64,000 bases of DNA from a virus (taxonomy: Duplodnaviria; Caudoviricetes). Positions 1 through 8,583 of this stretch are shown here, piece after piece; the first letter of the stretch is position 1, and every line of letters starts with the position of its first letter. Position numbers and translations under genes: made by a program. The notes under the pieces were generated by a model. That model did not search any database and was not told the origin of the DNA. It saw nothing but the letters and a program-made list of their open reading frames with translations. The DNA is taken from positions 24,097 through 88,096 of the IMG/VR virus record IMGVR_UViG_640069307_000003, one strand, 5' to 3'.

Positions 1-41
1 CTCGTGCCGTAGCCCTTGGGGAGATTTTTGGAAACTTTCAT
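1..41 (-). CDS. 5' end of a CDS running off the window (MKVSKNLPKGYGT...)
   Basis: ATG at 41 overlaps the TGA of the DUF1367 gene (ATGA coupling). Confidence 0.4.
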   Translation of the reverse strand, partial: MKVSKNLPKGYGT

Positions 42-499
42 GAGCAGAATCCCAGTACGCGATTGATGACTTGGTCGAGGTCCGCCCGCGTGTAGCGCGT
101 GAGAACCTTTTGCAGCAGGACATTCGCGACGGCGTTGTAAAGCCGCTCGAACTCGTCCTGTTTCATGGAGGCGAAGCTGATGCTTTGTGCGCGCAGGCGC
201 ACGCTGCCGTGCAGGTTGGTCGTGACGACGTAGAACCCGGCCGCGATGGTCACGTCCTCGCGGAAGTGCTCGAAGTCCTTTTGAACCTCGAAGCCCTTGT
301 ATTCGAGAATGGGCGGCTCCCACGACTCGAAACCGAGCGTGAGCAGCGCGAAGAACTTGCGGTGAAAGCGCGGATTGCGGACCTGCTTGACCTCGCATCG
401 AATGAGCGTGTCGGTCGCATAGCGCTTGAGCAGGTCGGCTTGAGCCTCGTCGAGCGGGCGCAACGTCCCGTCCGCGGCCTTGGTGAGCAGTATTTCCAC
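38..499 (-). CDS. DUF1367 family phage protein
   Basis: Motif VRNPRFHRKFFALLTLGFESWEP and C-terminal SISFASMKQDEFERLY. Confidence 0.85.
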   Translation of the reverse strand: MEILLTKAADGTLRPLDEAQADLLKRYATDTLIRCEVKQVRNPRFHRKFFALLTLGFESWEPPILEYKGFEVQKDFEHFREDVTIAAGFYVVTTNLHGSVRLRAQSISFASMKQDEFERLYNAVANVLLQKVLTRYTRADLDQVINRVLGFCS

Positions 500-502
500 G
501 GC

Positions 503-994
503 TCAGACCTCGCGGATGATGATGTTGTGGACAGACTTCATGAGGTGCTTCTTGTCGCGGTAGGAGCGCGTGCGAAAGCCCTTGGCGTCCTCGACGACCT
601 GCTCGCCGGTTGCGCCCTCGACATAGGCGAAGTCAGCGATGTAGCGCAGCGCGGGCTTCTTCCGCGCCTCACCGATATCGACTGCGGGCGCGAGCACGAA
701 CACGACCTGCAAGCGCAGGTCACGGATCAGGCCCGCCAGTTCCATGCGGCGCAATTCCTGATAGCGCGCCGCCTCGCGCTTGGAGTCGAATTTGATGGTG
801 CCGACGTAGGTAGGCTTGGCGTTGTACTTGCCGCGGCGCGCGGGCACGTCGTCGGCAGGCTCGGCGGGCGCAACCGCACCACCGGCAACCGTCGTCGAGG
901 TTGCGCCCGGCCGGTTCGCGAGATACGCGGCAAGCTGCGCCGCGGACCAGCGAACCACGCCTTTCGAGCCTTTCTTTTTCCCGCCTTTCGCCAT
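503..994 (-). CDS. DUF1064 family putative endonuclease
   Basis: KYNAKPT..IKFDSKREAARY...LRLQ..YIADFAY..VVEDAKG (PD-(D/E)XK-like). Confidence 0.85.
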   Translation of the reverse strand: MAKGGKKKGSKGVVRWSAAQLAAYLANRPGATSTTVAGGAVAPAEPADDVPARRGKYNAKPTYVGTIKFDSKREAARYQELRRMELAGLIRDLRLQVVFVLAPAVDIGEARKKPALRYIADFAYVEGATGEQVVEDAKGFRTRSYRDKKHLMKSVHNIIIREV

Positions 995-1037
995 CCACGA
1001 ACCCCAAATGAAATATCTATTTGTTGCCGTGGATTAT

Positions 1038-1051
1038 ATAGAGACTTCTAT
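1038..1051. promoter_or_regulatory. Putative repressor operator ATAGA-GACT-TCTAT
   Basis: Perfect 5-4-5 palindrome in an AT-rich intergenic gap; weaker copy AATGA-AATA-TCTAT at 1007-1020. Confidence 0.7.
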
Positions 1052-1052
1052 T

Positions 1053-1310
1053 TCAGGTGGCGAATTTTTTGTTTAGGAGAATGAGAATTTCCGCCCCTCG
1101 CTCAGGCGACAAACCGGCCTTGACGAGGATCATCGCCGGGTCATCCGTTGGATGCGAGCAAAGCACGTCATCAAGCGCAGACTCAAGCGCAGCAAGGCGC
1201 TTGCGCTCCTCGTCGGCGGCGTTGGTGTTGAATCGTCGGTCGTAAAACGTCAGCGTCGATTCGAGCTTGGCAATGCGCTCGCGCAATAGTCGTTCTCGGT
1301 TATCGTCCAT
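1053..1310 (-). CDS. Hypothetical phage protein (85 aa)
   Basis: Fills the gap between two operator-bearing intergenic regions, in operon orientation. Confidence 0.6.
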   Translation of the reverse strand: MDDNRERLLRERIAKLESTLTFYDRRFNTNAADEERKRLAALESALDDVLCSHPTDDPAMILVKAGLSPERGAEILILLNKKFAT

Positions 1311-1311
1311 T

Positions 1312-1327
1312 TATAGAAATCTCTATA
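1312..1327. promoter_or_regulatory. Putative repressor operator TATAGA-AATC-TCTATA
   Basis: Perfect 6-4-6 palindrome directly upstream of the 1310 start. Confidence 0.7.
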
Positions 1328-1363
1328 TTTCAGAGTAAAAATAAAGCGCTGATTGAGCGCCGG

Positions 1364-1597
1364 TCATTGGCTTTTACGCGCCGCCATATAGGCAATTCGC
1401 CGATGGTATTCCGCGGCGATATCGGCTTTCAGCTTTTCGGCCGCCTCGATTCCCTGCTCGGCGCGCACCTTATTCATGGCCGCCACGCGATGCGGTTTCG
1501 GGCTGTTCGCGAGCATGCGCACGGTGCAGCATCGGTTCTGTTTCCAGTAGAGGCCAGAGAACGTCTGGCAGCGCTCGCACGGGGCCGCGTCGCTCAC
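1364..1597 (-). CDS. Hypothetical protein with CxxC/CC motifs
   Basis: 77 aa ORF coupled to the upstream gene. Confidence 0.6.
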   Translation of the reverse strand: MSDAAPCERCQTFSGLYWKQNRCCTVRMLANSPKPHRVAAMNKVRAEQGIEAAEKLKADIAAEYHRRIAYMAARKSQ

Positions 1598-1869
1598 GCT
1601 GATACCTCGCCTGTCAGTCGTGCGTCGCGCTCGATGCCATCGACAGGCGGCGGCTCGTCGCGGCGGCGCAATTGATATTCGAGCGCCGAGCGGCGTGCAC
1701 CATCCTCGAACTCGATGCCATAGAACGTGCCGTGCTCGTAGCCCATCGCGACCGGGTCAACCGATACGTCGCGGTACTGCATCACGAGGCATTCCATGCC
1801 GTTACGCTCCGGCTCGTGCCGGGCCTTTTGAAAGATCAGGATTTCGCCAATAGCGTACTTGCGGGTCAT
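1594..1869 (-). CDS. Hypothetical phage protein (91 aa)
   Basis: Overlapping start/stop coupling on both sides. Confidence 0.6.
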   Translation of the reverse strand: MTRKYAIGEILIFQKARHEPERNGMECLVMQYRDVSVDPVAMGYEHGTFYGIEFEDGARRSALEYQLRRRDEPPPVDGIERDARLTGEVSA

Positions 1870-2288
1870 GCTGCGGCCCTCGGCGCGTTGGCATAGGGCG
1901 ATGGCGCAAACGTGAACCCGGCGCGGCGCGCCAGTTCAATGCAATCCTCTCGGCGCAATGCACGGTCGGCAAGCACGCTTGCAAACGAGCGCGATGGGAA
2001 CGCCGATTGAATGTCCGCGTGCGCGCGCTGCTCCTCGACCGGCACGCCCCATACATGCACGTCGCCCGGCATGTCGAAAGAGAGCCATTTCGCCGACGAG
2101 GCGGAAATGACCGGAACGCCGAGATAGCGCGCCGCCTGCTCGATGAACTCATCCCCGAAAAGGCGATGCGCGACGACGACGAGCGGCAGCGGATTCGCTT
2201 GCGCATCGTTCTCGCGTATGGCGAGCTTCGCGGCAACGAGGGCGCAAGGGTCGATAGCCAGCCAGCAAACAATGCGGCGATGGTTCAT
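1866..2288 (-). CDS. Shortened, degenerate PAPS-reductase-like phage protein
   Basis: Start MNHRRIVCW at 2288; RIVCWL...ALVAAKLAI, DVHVWG..EEQR and L.DRALRREDC resemble phage PAPS-reductase-family proteins. Confidence 0.55.
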   Translation of the reverse strand: MNHRRIVCWLAIDPCALVAAKLAIRENDAQANPLPLVVVAHRLFGDEFIEQAARYLGVPVISASSAKWLSFDMPGDVHVWGVPVEEQRAHADIQSAFPSRSFASVLADRALRREDCIELARRAGFTFAPSPYANAPRAAA

Positions 2289-2299
2289 GGTGCGGCTCC

Positions 2300-2644
2300 T
2301 TATTTGTGGCTGATGGGGGTCATTTCCCCGCAGTGTCGGCACTTGGTCCGACTGCGCTCGGCGAGGCGCTTCATTTCCTCCTGATACCGCGCAAAGTGCG
2401 CGTGCCATCGGTTCTCCTTCTGCACGAGCTGCTTGAGCACCCACATGGGGTTGAGCTTCTGCTTGCACCTCCCGCATGTGACCTCTGCGAGCGTGTCATC
2501 CACGAGAAACGGACCGTTGAAGTGCTGACACTCGGCGACCGGCGCGACGAGATAGCGCTCCTCTGGAACAGGTGCCTTGAACGGCGTCCTGAGCTTGACG
2601 ACGTTGTCGACCTCCTCATCGAGCTTGATAGGCGGCAGGATCAT
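2300..2644 (-). CDS. Hypothetical zinc-binding protein
   Basis: Start MILPPIK at 2644 coupled to the upstream stop; CQH, CGRC and CRHC motifs. Confidence 0.65.
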   Translation of the reverse strand: MILPPIKLDEEVDNVVKLRTPFKAPVPEERYLVAPVAECQHFNGPFLVDDTLAEVTCGRCKQKLNPMWVLKQLVQKENRWHAHFARYQEEMKRLAERSRTKCRHCGEMTPISHK

Positions 2645-3669
2645 GCGGGCGCTCCTCCAAAGGACTGTTTTTTGAGCAGGTCTTTCACGCCAGCCATTGC
2701 CGAGCGTGATGCGTCGGACGGGCCGGTACGCGGCGCATCCGCGGGCGGCACGGGGCCAGGTACAGGGATGGGGTCGAGCGGGGTGACGGCTTGCGGGCGC
2801 GGAACGGGCGGCGCGCCGCCGTTTTCGATGGCAGCCTGAATGCGAGCGTGCCACGCATCGCGGCTCTCGCTCGGGTGCGCGCGCCCCACGCCGACCTCAT
2901 TGGCCTTGGCAAGCGCCGCCTCGTCAGACGCACGCCAGTTTCCGCCGCCAGCCCCGCCCTTGCGCGCGGCGCGCATCGGTCCGGCATTGCGCACCCAGTT
3001 TCGCCATGTCGCAGGCCAGTCAGTTTTCGTCGCATCCTTGCCGGACTTCGCGGTCCAGTAATCGCGGAACTTCTCGGCCTCGAAAATCACATGCTGGATC
3101 GACCATGCGCCGCCAGCCCACTCGTCAAGGTTTGCCGCGTAGGTTTCGGTCACTGCGACGGTTCGCTGAATCGCTTCGGCAGACAGTTCCCAGTCTTTCG
3201 TCAGGCGCGTGCCGCGCCCACTATCTGCTTTCTTATTTGCGTTTACATCTGTAGTGGTTAGAGATGCGGCGGAATCGCCCCCTGCATTTGGCGATTTCGC
3301 CACATGAGCATTTGCACTTTTGCCCTTTCCATTTTGCGATTTCGCCAATTCGGGAACGTCCTGCAAAAAGGCTTCTTCGTCCACGAATGCATACCAAAGC
3401 GTGCGATCCGTCGCGCGCTCGTTGAAATTACCGGACTGTATGACGCCTTGCTTCATGAGGCTCGCGAGCGTGCGACGGATGCGGTCGCGCGACAGGTACG
3501 GGAACTGTTCCGAGAACGCATTGATGGAGTTGTAGGACCATGTGCGGTCCTCCCGAAAGTTCTCACCGTTCGCCCGATTGCGCACGATCCAGAATTTCAG
3601 GTTATTGATGAGCACGGCCTCCTCCAGACCGTAGAGGCGCGCGTGCTCTGTGTCGAACATGTGATGCAC
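2641..3669 (-). CDS. Phage (lytic) replication initiator / replisome organiser
   Basis: N-terminal wHTH (EEAVLINNLKFWI..TWSYNS..FPYLSRDRIRRTLASL) and C-terminal GTRL..DW..EKFRDYW..DWPATWRNW motif typical of lambdoid O-like proteins. Confidence 0.75.
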   Translation of the reverse strand: MHHMFDTEHARLYGLEEAVLINNLKFWIVRNRANGENFREDRTWSYNSINAFSEQFPYLSRDRIRRTLASLMKQGVIQSGNFNERATDRTLWYAFVDEEAFLQDVPELAKSQNGKGKSANAHVAKSPNAGGDSAASLTTTDVNANKKADSGRGTRLTKDWELSAEAIQRTVAVTETYAANLDEWAGGAWSIQHVIFEAEKFRDYWTAKSGKDATKTDWPATWRNWVRNAGPMRAARKGGAGGGNWRASDEAALAKANEVGVGRAHPSESRDAWHARIQAAIENGGAPPVPRPQAVTPLDPIPVPGPVPPADAPRTGPSDASRSAMAGVKDLLKKQSFGGAPA

Positions 3670-4241
3670 TAGCGCCCTCCGAACGGGCGGGATTGCAGGC
3701 GGTTTGCAGACTGGAGCTTGCGCTTGCGCTTGGGCCAGCGGCTTTCAGTGGTGGTGCGTGTGCTCATGCTCGTTCCTGTTGCCATCGGGCGCGAGGCCGG
3801 GCGCGGTTTGCGCTCCTCGCGTGCTCGCTCCTCGAGTGGCGTTACCTTTTTGACGATCGCGCGCGCGGCAGCGGCCGTCATCTTCTTTTCGATGGGCTTG
3901 TGTGCCGTGACGGGCTTGCGCGCAAGCTGCTCGTCGGTCGGCCACAGGCCCTTGTCTTTCAACTTCTGCGCGGACTCCGCGCGTGCGAGCAATTCCGCCT
4001 CGCGCACCTGTTCGAGCGCCAGATGCGCCGGGCGCTTCGCCTGACCGTCCAAAACCATGTGGCAGGAGTAGCAGGCGTAGCAGCCGATATGGTCGTAACG
4101 CAGCAGCTTTTTGCCCTTGGCCTTACCGCCCTCAACGTCATTTCCATGCGCCCATACCGTCGTTTCAGGGTCGCGGTTGCAGACTCCGGGCAAACGCAGG
4201 GCGCAAGTCTCCCCGCGTGCCGAATCGGTGATTTTCGACAC
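3669..4241 (-). CDS. DUF1364 (YbcO-like) nuclease-domain protein with basic C-terminal tail
   Basis: SARGETCALRLPGVCNRDPETTVWAH...YACYSCH..D. Confidence 0.85.
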   Translation of the reverse strand: MSKITDSARGETCALRLPGVCNRDPETTVWAHGNDVEGGKAKGKKLLRYDHIGCYACYSCHMVLDGQAKRPAHLALEQVREAELLARAESAQKLKDKGLWPTDEQLARKPVTAHKPIEKKMTAAAARAIVKKVTPLEERAREERKPRPASRPMATGTSMSTRTTTESRWPKRKRKLQSANRLQSRPFGGR

Positions 4242-4271
4242 GTTGCTTTCTCTCGAATGGGATGGGAAGGG

Positions 4272-4451
4272 TTACGACTTGGGCTTGGCGATTTCCCGGA
4301 TGCAGCGGGCGCACTTGCCGTAGCGCTTAAGGTCGATGGCGGTTGCGACCTTGCCGCATCCGCAACGCCTACGCTTGTGGGTGTAAACGGTCGATTTCGA
4401 CGTTTCCTCGCGATACATCGCGATGGCGTTCGGATGCGACGAGGCGATCAT
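4272..4451 (-). CDS. Small zinc-ribbon-like protein (59 aa, below the ORF-track cutoff)
   Basis: Translated by hand: MIASSHPNAIAMYREETSKSTVYTHKRRRCGCGKVATAIDLKRYGKCARCIREIAKPKS; start overlaps the upstream stop. Confidence 0.6.
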   Translation of the reverse strand: MIASSHPNAIAMYREETSKSTVYTHKRRRCGCGKVATAIDLKRYGKCARCIREIAKPKS

Positions 4452-4834
4452 TGCAGGGCGGACCGGCGTGCGTGTTTGCGAGCTTTTTTCGTCGCCGGAT
4501 AGCGGCGCGCAAGCCAGACTTGGCCCTCCGGCAGCACGAGCACTTCAGACGTGCCCGCGTCGGACATGACGACCGTGAGGTATTCACAGTCGCGGTAGTG
4601 TTGGTACGGCATTCCGTCGGCCATCAGCAAGCCGTCGTCGATCATGGTTTCACGCAAGTCCGCGTGACCCAAGGTCGCACCGATTTTCTCGATGGTGTAG
4701 CAGGTCGATACGTCCACCACGCGCGCGCGGCTCGTGAGCGGGCGTGCAATGGTGCGGTGATACGTGCGCTGGCCAATGGCCGCGCCGAGCGAATTGTGGC
4801 CGGTAACGCTGTTGATGCTTTTTATTTGATTCAT
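4448..4834 (-). CDS. Antirepressor KilAC (ANT) domain protein
   Basis: TIEKIGATLG..LRETMIDDGLL..GMPYQHYRDCEYL..VLVLPEGQVWL matches the KilAC pattern; start uncertain (4834 or 4882). Confidence 0.65.
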   Translation of the reverse strand: MNQIKSINSVTGHNSLGAAIGQRTYHRTIARPLTSRARVVDVSTCYTIEKIGATLGHADLRETMIDDGLLMADGMPYQHYRDCEYLTVVMSDAGTSEVLVLPEGQVWLARRYPATKKARKHARRSALQ

Positions 4835-4911
4835 CACAGATAATCCGATAAGTCGTGCTCCCCGAACGGGCACGCGAAACAACTTGGTGCGCTGCTACGT
4901 GGCCCGTCGCA

Positions 4912-5454
4912 TCAGGCCGCCATCGCCTCCTCTTCGTTCATCACGTCGCCAGCCCTCTGCCTGCGCGTAACCTCGGCGCTCGCCGAAATCAGATGGCCCG
5001 CACCAGCTACCTGCATTTGTGCGGAATGGATTTGATACGCGCGGCGGATAGCCTGAAGCCCGACCGCATCGAATCCGAGCGTCTTGCCCGCGCGCTTGCG
5101 AAAGTGCGCGCGCATCAGGGCTTGCTGCGCCGCGATAATGTCCGGCTCGTACTGCTTGCCGAAATCGAGTTCTTCGGTCGAGCGCTCGCACAGCACGCGC
5201 GAGACGTTCGCCATGAATCCGAGTTGCCCCAAATCCTCGGCGTCACCCATACCCTTCGACATGCGGTCAATCGCGACGCCGTAAGCAATGGCGATATCGC
5301 GCTGCTGATCGTCGTCGAGCACCACGTCATAGTTTGCGTTGAGTGCGTTCAGCGTGTGATTGCGCTGAATCTTCAGGAAAGAAATTGCGCGCTGCACTAC
5401 CGGAGAAAATTTAGGACCACTGTATTTCTTGCGTGGTTTCTTGTTGCCTGCCAT
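4912..5454 (-). CDS. Hypothetical phage early protein
   Basis: Start MAGNKKPRKK at 5454 with purine-rich RBS; first gene after cro. Confidence 0.7.
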   Translation of the reverse strand: MAGNKKPRKKYSGPKFSPVVQRAISFLKIQRNHTLNALNANYDVVLDDDQQRDIAIAYGVAIDRMSKGMGDAEDLGQLGFMANVSRVLCERSTEELDFGKQYEPDIIAAQQALMRAHFRKRAGKTLGFDAVGLQAIRRAYQIHSAQMQVAGAGHLISASAEVTRRQRAGDVMNEEEAMAA

Positions 5455-5468
5455 GCCCTTCCCCTTCC

Positions 5469-5669
5469 TTACTGCACAACCGGGACGCCGTGCTTTGCAC
5501 ACAGCGCCTTGAGGCCATCCACCATAGCCGCCGACGTGCGCGGCTTCTTCACATCACCGTGTTCGAGGTAATGCACATGCGGCTGCGAACAGCCAAGCGC
5601 GCTGGCTATCTGCTTCTGCGTGAGCTTCGCCTTGGTCCGCAAGGCGCTGATGGTCTTACTTGTGTGCAT
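5469..5669 (-). CDS. cro: Cro-like XRE HTH repressor
   Basis: LTQKQIASALGCSQPHVHYLEHG HTH; divergent from the cI-like gene. Confidence 0.85.
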   Translation of the reverse strand: MHTSKTISALRTKAKLTQKQIASALGCSQPHVHYLEHGDVKKPRTSAAMVDGLKALCAKHGVPVVQ

Positions 5670-5703
5670 GTTCGGTTACAAGGGTCAGTTGAAAGGCCAA
5701 TGA

Positions 5704-5732
5704 AGTATAAACATATCTATTGTGTCACTCAA
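5704..5732 (-). promoter_or_regulatory. PR-like sigma70 promoter for cro with an operator in its spacer
   Basis: TTGAGT-17-TATACT on the minus strand; operator-like ATAAA-CATA-TCTAT at 5707-5720. Confidence 0.75.
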
Positions 5733-5831
5733 GTAACAAAATCGGCATTTCTATCGTTTGTAGCGATGACGCGCCACGCTTGTATAGAATTTTCGTTCGC
5801 TGACGCCTTTTTTTCTGTCTATATGCGTGCT

Positions 5832-5865
5832 ATAAGGATGTCTATGTCGCGATAAGCATCCTTAT
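5832..5865. promoter_or_regulatory. Two tandem operators upstream of cI
   Basis: ATAAG-GATG-TCTAT (5832-5845) and palindromic ATAAG-CATC-CTTAT (5852-5865). Confidence 0.6.
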
Positions 5866-5892
5866 AAAACAACATTAGGAAGGAGCCATCCA

Positions 5893-6600
5893 ATGGCTGC
5901 ACCAGCAGACTCGGTCGGCGCGCGCGTGAGCGCCCGTCGAACCGAGCTAGGTATCTCTCAGAAAGAGCTTGCTCGCCGCGTGGGCCTCACGCAGCCAACA
6001 ATCTCCGCACTGGAAAAGGGCAAATCCAATACATCTGGCAGCATTGCCTCACTCGCCAAGGCGCTTGGCGTGGTGCCCCTGTGGCTTGAAACCGGATTGG
6101 GCGACAAGGAACCGGGCGCGCGGGAATACCGGCGTGTACTTGACGACGGAACGCAAACCAGCGTGATTGAATTCGAGGTCACAGTTCTGGCCTCGGATGG
6201 CAGTTGCGGCGGCGGCGCGCCGGGCCAGACGGTAATTGCCGACGTGCGGACCAAGGTAGGCCCTGTTATCAGGGATCAACGCTTCTTCGAGCGCATCGGG
6301 GCAAGTCCCGAGCACGTCTTTGCCATCTTGGGCGATGGCGATGGCATGGCGCGATTCATCGAGCACGGCGACATGGTCTTTTTCAGCAGCGCTGGCTGCG
6401 ACCGGCTCGTGACAGGCCAAATCTACGCCTTTGAGACTATCGACGGCCCCCGGATTAAACGGGTACATCGGCGCGCTGACGGTCATGTGATCCTCTCTAA
6501 CGATAACCCGGACAAGAACCGCTACCCTGACGAGATCTACAGCCAAGCCGATGCCGAAGCATTGCACTGCTTGGGAGTTTTTCTCTACCGGGAGGGTTGA
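5893..6600 (+). CDS. cI: CI-like phage repressor (XRE HTH + S24 peptidase)
   Basis: N-terminal ISQKELARRVGLTQPTISALEKG HTH; C-terminal GDGM/RIKRV/LSNDNP S24 domain. Confidence 0.9.
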   Translation: MAAPADSVGARVSARRTELGISQKELARRVGLTQPTISALEKGKSNTSGSIASLAKALGVVPLWLETGLGDKEPGAREYRRVLDDGTQTSVIEFEVTVLASDGSCGGGAPGQTVIADVRTKVGPVIRDQRFFERIGASPEHVFAILGDGDGMARFIEHGDMVFFSSAGCDRLVTGQIYAFETIDGPRIKRVHRRADGHVILSNDNPDKNRYPDEIYSQADAEALHCLGVFLYREG

Positions 6601-6638
6601 CCTGTAACAATTTGTAAGGCAGCAGTATTCCATATGTC

Positions 6639-6664
6639 AGACCCGCTTAGGCGGGTCTTTTTTT
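6639..6664 (+). terminator. Intrinsic terminator after cI
   Basis: AGACCCGC-TTAG-GCGGGTCT followed by a T-run. Confidence 0.8.
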
Positions 6665-6963
6665 GCCCACAGAAGCGGACTCCCTTCCCTAAACAGCGCC
6701 CAAGTCCGGCCAAAAATAGCAATCCAGCTTTCATCATACTTAATACAAAAGAAAGGGCCTGATCGCAAACCCGCGCCACCTTTGAACATTTGTTCGCTAT
6801 GTGGTCGCAATACACCATTCCATGCAAGCAAATCATTTCTGATTCCGAAAAAGTCTTTTTTCGTGGAAGGGAGCAATCGAAATGCCTGTATAGGCGCGCG
6901 GCGCGTTGCGCCTCCGCAACATAGGCGTAATCCGCCATCCATCGGCCCCGCTCGCTCCGAAAT

Positions 6964-7025
6964 ATAGATATTTCTATTGCACAGAGGGAAAGCAATCGCT
7001 ATAGTCTCGACATAGACACTTCTAT
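6964..7025 (+). promoter_or_regulatory. PL-like promoter flanked by two operators
   Basis: TTGCAC(6977)-17-TATAGT(7000-7005); ATAGA-TATT-TCTAT at 6964-6977 and ATAGA-CACT-TCTAT at 7012-7025. Confidence 0.85.
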
Positions 7026-7059
7026 ATTTGAGGCGTCGCCAACCACCGGGAGCCGGGCC

Positions 7060-7200
7060 ATGAAGTCGTTTCAAGTGATCGTCAAAACCCCCGATTCGAT
7101 GACGCTGTCCTACCCCGCCATCGGTGCGTGCTCCATCGACGTGCTCATGGATGCACTCGAACAGCACGGCCTTTGCAAGGTTACGGTCCGCCCGCTCTAA
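7060..7200 (+). CDS. Small hypothetical protein (46 aa)
   Basis: GGGAG RBS; MKSFQVIVKTPDSMTLSYPAIGACSIDVLMDALEQHGLCKVTVRPL; first ORF after the PL-like promoter. Confidence 0.6.
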   Translation: MKSFQVIVKTPDSMTLSYPAIGACSIDVLMDALEQHGLCKVTVRPL

Positions 7201-7248
7201 CCCCTCTTTTATGCAGCACAAACCCACCACTTTTAGGCCACGCATAAT

Positions 7249-8580
7249 ATGAACGCACCCACCCCTATCGCTCTGCTCGAACATCCCGCCGCCGAGCCGG
7301 CTGTTGTGTCCTCGGTCGATATCGACGCCATCCTCGAAGGCTCGATTGTTCTATCGAGCGAGCAGCGCGAAACCCTCAAGATCAGCGAAATCCTCGACGC
7401 CGCGCCCAAGGGCGAGAAAGGCGACGCCATCGCGACCATCACGCCGTTCGCGCTTGGCATGACTGGCGAAATGCTCGCGCTGCTGCAAAACACGTATGGC
7501 GGCGCAGTGTTCGACGTGAAAGACCCGGCCGGAATGAAAGAGGCCAAGGCGACTGTGAGCCGCCTGACCAAGCTGAAAACCAGCTTGGAGGAAGCCTATA
7601 CGGAATGGAACGCGCCGATTCAGACCATGACGAAGCTGGCCCGCGAGCAGCGCGACCATGCGACCGCGGCCATCCTCGCACTGCGCGACCCGATCAAAGA
7701 GCAGGTCGACGTTCAGCAAAAAGAACTCGACCGCATCAAGAATGAGAAAGCCGTCGCCGAAAGCCGCCGCATCGAGACGCATCAGGGCGAACTCACGAAG
7801 CTGCAAAAGCTGCCCGAGCAGTTTATGAGCGCGCCGTCGGCTGATATCGAGGCGCAAATCCGCGAACTGGATTCGTTCGAATACCTCACGCGCCGCGACT
7901 GGGAGGAGTACATGCCCGCGGCACAAGACGCCGTGCGCGCCGGTATCGAAACGCTCAAGACGCACCTGACGAACGCCAAGGCGCGCGAGGAGTTGGCGAC
8001 GCTTCAGGCCAAGGCCGCCGCCGAGCAGGCCGAGCGTGACCGCACCGCCGCCGCTGAAGCTGCCGAGCGCGAGCGCGTCGAGAAGCTGCGCGAGCGCATC
8101 AACAATATCCGCCTCGCGCCGACGACCTGCATCGGCCTGCCCGCAGCGCAGATCGAGCGCACGATTGGCAAGCTCGACGCCGTCGCACTCAACGAGTTCG
8201 CGGAGTTCGAGACGGAAGCACGCGAAGCCATCGAAGGCGCGCGCTCGAACCTCTCGACGATGCTCGAAGCGGCGAAGGATGCTGAAGAACTGGCGGTGTT
8301 CCGCGCGCAAAAGCAACGCAACGAGCAGGCTGCACAGGAGGCCGCAGAACGCGCCGAGCGCGAAGCGAAGGAGGCCGCGGAGCGCAAAGAGCGCGAGGCC
8401 CGCGAGGAGGCCGAACGCATCCAGCACGAGCGCGATGAAGCCGCGCGCATCGCCCGCGAGCGCGCCGAAGCGCACGCCGAATTGTTGCTCTCGCTGCTCG
8501 TTGAGGCCGCGCCGCACGTCACCGACATGGACCTGCGCCACCGCATCCACGTCGCCATCGACGCAGCCAAGGGAGAGTAA
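7249..8580 (+). CDS. Coiled-coil phage protein (DUF1351-like)
   Basis: Long EARK-rich helical sequence directly upstream of the recombination genes. Confidence 0.6.
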   Translation: MNAPTPIALLEHPAAEPAVVSSVDIDAILEGSIVLSSEQRETLKISEILDAAPKGEKGDAIATITPFALGMTGEMLALLQNTYGGAVFDVKDPAGMKEAKATVSRLTKLKTSLEEAYTEWNAPIQTMTKLAREQRDHATAAILALRDPIKEQVDVQQKELDRIKNEKAVAESRRIETHQGELTKLQKLPEQFMSAPSADIEAQIRELDSFEYLTRRDWEEYMPAAQDAVRAGIETLKTHLTNAKAREELATLQAKAAAEQAERDRTAAAEAAERERVEKLRERINNIRLAPTTCIGLPAAQIERTIGKLDAVALNEFAEFETEAREAIEGARSNLSTMLEAAKDAEELAVFRAQKQRNEQAAQEAAERAEREAKEAAERKEREAREEAERIQHERDEAARIARERAEAHAELLLSLLVEAAPHVTDMDLRHRIHVAIDAAKGE

Positions 8581-8583
8581 GCC

